The translations under genes and the position numbers were made by a program. Below are positions 57,826-64,000 of a stretch of DNA of 64,000 nucleotides, in pieces; position 1 is the stretch's first letter, and every line of letters begins with the position of its first letter. Where the stretch lies: the NCBI RefSeq assembly GCF_964355755.1, contig NC_092675.1, positions 3,839,812 to 3,903,811 of the forward strand. The letters are read 5' to 3'. Below the pieces are notes generated by a model. The model was not told where the DNA came from and searched no databases. It worked only from the letters and a program-made list of their open reading frames with translations. The stretch comes from Antedon mediterranea. Taxonomy: Eukaryota > Animalia > Echinodermata.

Positions 57826-59485
57826 TCATTTTCTCATAATTTTTCAATATAAAAAAAAAAAATATAAGTTGGAGAATCAATTATTTGAGATATTGTATTC
57901 ATGTAAATGTTAAAAACTATGATATGATGCAGAATAAAACAGAGCATTTTAATGTAAAAATTAATTATTAAGAAATATATTGTATTGTTAACAATTAAGA
58001 AAGTTACAAAAAATAAAAGTTATCCGCTATTATAATGCGGAAAAGCTAATAAATTTCTTAAGGCAAAATTAACAAGAGTTTATAATGTGAAAAGTACATT
58101 GTACTCGTATACTGAAAACTTTAAATACATTTTTAAAAAGTAATTGTTTATATATTCTCGGGCTCATTAACATTTAACCTAAAGGCATACGGATTTCTTG
58201 TATTACTAATATCACAACAATTATTGTATATTAAAATATTATAATTATGAAATAAATTATTTCAACCACATCTTCCAGGATTTTAATTTCAGAATTTGGC
58301 ATAGTCACAAATGTAACATACATTTATTTGTGAGCATGTGCAGAGGTTTGTCATGCTCTATTGCATTCTGGTTTTTGGTGCTACAATACGGTTATAATTG
58401 GAAAATCCCTTGAAAATTATGATGAGATAATGATGATAATATTTGAAGAACAGATAATTAACAAAGCGGCAGGATTGAATAGTTTCTCATTTAACAACCA
58501 AAAATGGTCGATAGTAAGACAGATGAAATTGATCGGCCATCAAAAAACCTAGGGCCAGGATTATAGACATATAGAAATTGTAAAAAGGCTTTAAAAAAGC
58601 AATAAATATTAAATGTACATCATTCAAGACACAAATAATAATCAAAGATTTGTCATAATTCTTAGTCATAGACACTTAATATAGTAAACTTATTTACATC
58701 CTATAATATTGTATAAATATGCATGTGTCTATTGTTACCATTTTTGTAAATTTGTTTCTCTGCAAAGAGGATAATACACAAAGTTTAATATTAATTTAGT
58801 TTTTTTCAATATTCTATATAATTATGTACTTATTCTTTTTTTGACCTTAAAAGATTAATTGAAAACAAAAATACAAATATCATATATAGTGTTGATTATC
58901 CTTGTATAATTCTAGCAATTTCATTTATTTTCCATAATATTCAAAATAAAACAAGTAGATCAAATCTTTGATATCAAAATAAAATAGTATAACATGGAAG
59001 GATGCCTTTATAGGACAAAATTTCACTTAAGCTAAGGCCACCGGTGAAACTAATATACCCCTATCCCTCCCGTCTTCTTATTTTACACATTCCACTATAA
59101 GCCCACAAATCATAAGACAAGAGCAAGAATACACTGTCAGACTTCTATTTCCCGTAGGAGCCTATATCTAACCCTGCAATATTGCAATAATTAGCTATAA
59201 ATATTAAAGACATCTTTCGATCTATAATCATAATTTTCTGGTCCAATAATTCATCACCTCACTGATGAGACAGCATAGGTGTTGAGCAGGCAGAATAGTA
59301 ATAACAAAGGTCTCATCGGATTCCATTACCAATTATACCACATTTTTTCTTTGTACTGTAAGGTATCAATTGTTAGTAATGTTTCATACATACATTTTTA
59401 ATGTTTATGAATCATTAGTTTTAGCTAAAGAAGCTCCGCTAAATTTCTTTCTGGTCTGTTTTTACTTGGTAGTTTATTTAGCTAA

Positions 59486-59688
59486 AGCTTGGTTCTCACT
59501 AGCGACGCAACATAATGCAATCTACGTAACGTAAGCAAATGCCCTTCTAATAATTGTGTTTGCTCCCACCTGCGTGAAATCAAACCAGCGATGTTTGCAG
59601 CACTATTGCGTCGTCGGTTCCCACTTGTGATTACGCAATACAACACGTAAAATACGTCACTGCGTTGTGTTCTAGTGGGAATCAAGCT
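59486..59688. mobile_element. Harbinger-like MITE
   Basis: TIRs AGCTTGGTTCTCACTAG / CTAGTGGGAATCAAGCT flanked by TAA and TTA. Confidence 0.85.
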
Positions 59689-60989
59689 TTACTGTTTCTT
59701 AGAATAGTTTTAAAAAGCCACATTTGAAGCATAACTAAAAAAAATGCTAAATTGTATCATACATTGTATAATTAATTAATTAGCAAAAAATAGATTTTTA
59801 ATATAAGAAAAATAAATGTTTCATATAAGTAAATATATTTAAAAATATATTCTAAAAATTCTGAATTCAATGAAAACTGAATCAACTTCACAAGACGTTG
59901 CCATTGGCAACGGCCGTCTGTTCAATTTGCATTATCACTGGTCGAAAACAAAAGAAATCGCTAGCCACTCTCACAAGTCAGTCTGATATGTCAAGAAACA
60001 ATGAACGGACAAAAGAAATGTAATCTGTGCCAAGAATCATTGGTTGAAAGTGTCCAGTGAAGCGGCTAACATACTTTCTTTGCTTTGTTTCTTGTCAAAT
60101 TGATTGTTTACATTGGTGTTTTTTTCTTTAGTAGGTTATGTTTGTTTTGTTCTTGAAATCAATCAGTCTAAAATAATGCCAACACATTACCTGTCAAAAT
60201 CTGTTCACAAGGTGTAGACTTTAATCCAGACTTAACAATAAAACTACACATATTTAATTTAGAAAATCTAGAGATTATCTTTTTACTAATAAGAACTAAT
60301 CAAAGTCTGGTGATTTTATTTTCATATTTTGTTTTGCATGGTTGTTTTACAACATAAATGTTATAAATGAAAAGATCAAACAAAAATACATAATAAAAAA
60401 TAAATAAATATAGTCATATCCAAAATTAAAATAAATAAATATAGTCGTATCCATTATTGCAAATCTCTACTTTTAAATGTTTTGTTGTTGTCTTTTCTCC
60501 AACATCTCATTATAATTAAAATCTTCATGGATGATTTACTTCTACTGTTAAATACATTTGATGGCAACAATAGTCATTATTCAAAGAAATGGTAATGTTA
60601 AAAACAAACAAAACAAATGTAATTATCCCAAGAGAAAAAAAAATGTTGTGTTTTGTCTGGAAATCATATACAGAACTTTCTATATAAAGGTTTTATTTCT
60701 ATAAATGTTTATTTTGACAAAAAACTAATTTTGATCAATTTAATGCTGTTTTAAAAACCTCCCACATAAAAAGTATGTAAATTGCATATATTAAAAAGCT
60801 TTACAATTAGAAACTTCAAAACGTTTTTATTCATTTAAGTAACTAAAAAAGTATGGAGTGCAGATTTTATTACTAACTCAGAAGCTATAAAAAATACATT
60901 AATATAAAATGACATTTAGTAGCCTACATAGATATAAAATAAAATTGAATATTTTAAATATAAAATACTATTATGCATATTTAATATTA

Positions 60990-61292
60990 TATAACACCTA
61001 TATAAATTCCTGTCATTTGATTGGACGAATGTGGGTCACATGGCGTGCAATAGTACGCACTATCGTTAAATAGTACTTTTTGAAACATTTTTGTGTACGA
61101 AAAAAAAACGTCTAGATGTTATATAAAACAAATAATGAATGTTTTGTATTCGTGTAATGGTACAAATAATGGCACTTGGTGAATGATGAAAGGTTATATC
61201 AACTCGGCTTTGCCTCGTTGATATAACCTTTCATCATTCACCTCGTGCCATTATTTGTACCATTGCACTCATAAACATTCATTATTTGTATA
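60990..61292. mobile_element. Non-autonomous element with a long internal hairpin, Crypton(V)-like
   Basis: ~75-bp inverted arms (61128-61289) around the loop TCGGCTTTGCCTC, with subterminal TGATTGG; family assignment from memory of CryptonV non-autonomous elements. Confidence 0.6.
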
Positions 61293-61334
61293 CTAGGCAT
61301 ATTGAATAGTTCAAATGTATAATAATGAATATTA

Positions 61335-61808
61335 CAATAACAATGAATATAACAATGTATAACAATGAATATAACAATGTATAACAATGAATATAACAAT
61401 GTATAACAATGAATATAACAATGAATATAACAATGTATAACAAAGAATATAACAATGAATATAACAATGTATAACAATGAATATAACAATGTATAACAAT
61501 GAATATAACAATGAATATAACAATGTATAACAATGAATATAACAATGAATATAACAATGTATAACAATGAATATAACAATGAATTTAACAATGTATAACA
61601 ATGAATATAACAATGTATAACAATGAATATAACAATGAATATAACAATGAATTTAACAATGAATAACAATGAATATAAAAATAAATATAACAAAGTATAA
61701 CAATGAATATAACAATGTATAACAATGAATATAACAATGTATAACAATGAATATAACAATGAATTTAACAATGTATAACAATGAATATAACAATGTATAA
61801 CAATGAAT
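61335..61808. repeat. Two-unit minisatellite of 12-bp AATATAACAATG and 10-bp TATAACAATG
   Basis: Direct inspection, ~40 units; explains the repetitive minus-strand ORFs at 61238-61771. Confidence 0.97.
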
Positions 61809-62429
61809 TATTTTGATCAAGATAAGGAGTATGTGAAAGTGCCTCTTTAATATGAAATAACAAATACTATATTTCCTTTATCAACACAGATGGTTTTTGA
61901 AAGACATATTTCCATCGACATTATAATCTGTGTCCCGCCCCTTTCAGCCTACCACCAACAAACAATAAATCATAGCATAACAATTGTAATTTGATTAATA
62001 TCAAAATAGCATTGTAACATTCACACTTCTTAATATGTTACCATTTTTGTGTGAAGAATTTTTCACTAATACATTCCCACACACTTCAAATGATAAATTA
62101 TGTGAACGATCTAACGTGCACCATAGAATAACTTGATTTAATTTTGAATACATTGTACAAAACTGTGTCAATTATAGAAATGAATATAAAGAAAATAATT
62201 AAACAAACTAATATACATCAATAACTAAATAAAAATGGTTTTCAAGATCAAACCATTGATTTACAGACAATAGTGGCCTACAAGTTATTGATTAATTATT
62301 GATTATTATACAAATAATAATAATAATGTTTATGAGTGGAATGGGGGGATATTTTCATTAATTAATGAATTTAACTGCTTCTAATAATACATGGATCTTG
62401 TATGGCACTTAATGCACAAAGTCTGTATA

Positions 62430-62539
62430 AGCCTTGTCTACATTATCAAACTCTAGGTGCCAAAAAAATGTCATCTGCCCATATATGGAAATGATGATGT
62501 CATTTCACATCACACTAATTTGATAGTGTAGACAGAGTT
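62430..62539 (-). mobile_element. Internally deleted copy of the 10345-10675 Harbinger-like MITE
   Basis: Ends AGCCTTGTCTACATTATCAAA / TTTGATAGTGTAGACAGAGTT; internal TGCCCATATATGGA. Confidence 0.8.
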
Positions 62540-62627
62540 TAAACCCTATATTACCCCCATCATTTTTTTGGATCAAGCACGTCTGGACACATATTCTCAT
62601 AATGTTGCAGTTGTTTTGTTATCTATA

Positions 62628-62722
62628 CCAGGTACAGTACCCAATTGTACACCTGGGTGAAGAAAGGCAAACATAAGAAAAGTATTTTGCGATGTGGCAA
62701 GCCTTAGATTTGAACTGACGAT
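62628..62722 (-). mobile_element. Decayed CORE-like SINE fragment
   Basis: Minus strand GTTCAAATC...TGCCTTTCTTCACCCAGGTGTACAATTGGGTAC. Confidence 0.45.
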
Positions 62723-63263
62723 CAGGGCCAATAATGCCTTTAATAGCTATACTCAATGCAATTGAAATAGTACACCTCTTAGGAAACAAAATGTATACAA
62801 ATGCTAATATTTTCTAATAATTCAAACAAATTTTTGATTAGAAAAAGTGTATCCAATTACATGTAATATTTATAGAATTTTTATCAAATTCTTGTACTTA
62901 TTTGACAGTAACATAAACACAATATTTTCTGAGAATTAACGCAAAGGTCAACAATGGAAATCAGATATAATTACTGAAAATTATATAATACTAAAAAAAT
63001 CAATGCAAACTGTTTGATTATCAAGAACTTAATCCCAAATGGAATAAATCATTCTATAAATATATTGCATTCTGAAATGTGTTTTAGATTAAAGAATAAT
63101 ACTGCATTATAATATCCACATTCATATAAAGATAATAATAAAAAATATAAATGATTATAATAATAATAATAATATCAAAAAATATGTTGATTTCATTTCC
63201 CAATGCAAACATGTTTCTTTTGTCATGAACCAAACCCTTTGTCTGTGATTTCATGGCACTTAA

Positions 63264-64000
63264 TAATAATAATGATGATGATAATGATGATGTTGATGAT
63301 TATGGTGATGATGATAATGTTGATGACGATGATGATGGTAATGAATGATGATGATTATGATGATGATGATGATGATGATGGTGATGATAATGAATGATGA
63401 TGATGATGATAATGATGATGGTGATGATGATGGTAGTGATAATAATGATAACGACGATGATGATGGTGATGATAATGATGATAATGAATGGTGATGGTGG
63501 TGGTGATGAGGATGATGATAATGATGTTGGTGATGGTAATGATGATGGTAATGAATGATAACGATGAATGATGATAATGAATGATGATGATGATGATAAT
63601 GATGGTAGTGATAATAATGATGATGATGATGGTGATGATAATGATGATGATGGTGATGATAATGATGATGATGATAATAATGAATGATGATGGTGATGAT
63701 GATGATGATGGTGGTGGTGATGAGGATGATGATAATGATGTTGGTGATGATGATGAATGATGATGATGATGATGATAATGATGATGGTGATGATGATGGT
63801 AGTGATAATAATGATAACGACGATGATGATCGTGATGATAATGATGATAATGAATGGTGATGGTGGTGGTGATGAGGATGATGATAATGATGTTGGTGAT
63901 GGTAATGATGGTAGTGATAATAATGATGATGATGGTGATGATAATGATGATAATGATAATAATGATGGTGATGATGATAATGATGATAATAATGATGGTG
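63264..64000. repeat. Imperfect (GAT/GGT/AAT)n trinucleotide microsatellite with higher-order duplication, runs off the window end
   Basis: Direct inspection; the block at ~63395-63545 recurs at ~63755-63905. Confidence 0.97.

Noticed and set aside
58296-58343. miR-153-like hairpin (GCATAGTCACAAA ... ATTTGTGAGCATGTGC)
   Set aside because: 13-nt match only; the seed differs, the mature-like sequence is on the 5' arm rather than the 3' arm, and the stem is short
59030-59052. miR-124-like string TAAGGCCACCGGTGAA
   Set aside because: Seed mismatch and no precursor hairpin
59261-59320. Hammerhead ribozyme core CTGATGA (also at ~21019)
   Set aside because: No GAAA after a stem II and no stems I/III; here the motif is itself paired in a simple stem
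61238-61771. Hydrophobic repetitive ORFs
   Set aside because: Artefact of the 10/12-bp minisatellite
63203-63397. Met/Asp-rich ORF
   Set aside because: (GAT)n microsatellite

Overview
AT-rich animal genomic DNA. The intron structure, repeat types and TAGGCCTA motifs look like a marine invertebrate deuterostome such as an echinoderm, but that is inference. I can support one protein-coding gene: a + strand ELAV/Hu-family RNA-binding protein with three RRMs. I reconstruct it as ATG 3775-3777 plus exons 7238-7439, 14805-14908, 16645-16798, 18245-18512 and 20593-20914 (350 aa, all GT-AG, all phases consistent). The ORF track misses a 63-nt in-frame hinge cassette exon at 19505-19567 (371 aa isoform). 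The gene has a CCAAT/TATA/Inr promoter and a ~1.8 kb AU-rich 3'UTR. The remaining ~41 kb has no convincing gene, only MITEs, tRNA-derived SINEs, a CR1 LINE fragment, a Crypton-like hairpin element, palindromes and minisatellites. Highlights: (1) two copies of one MITE lie in inverted orientation around exons 3+4, which total 258 nt and are phase-symmetric, predicting an in-frame hybrid-RRM skipping isoform and a stop-free circRNA; (2) the hidden hinge cassette exon is followed by a very U-rich intron; (3) the conserved RRM3 dimerisation Trp is replaced by Tyr. All coordinates and identities were read by eye.
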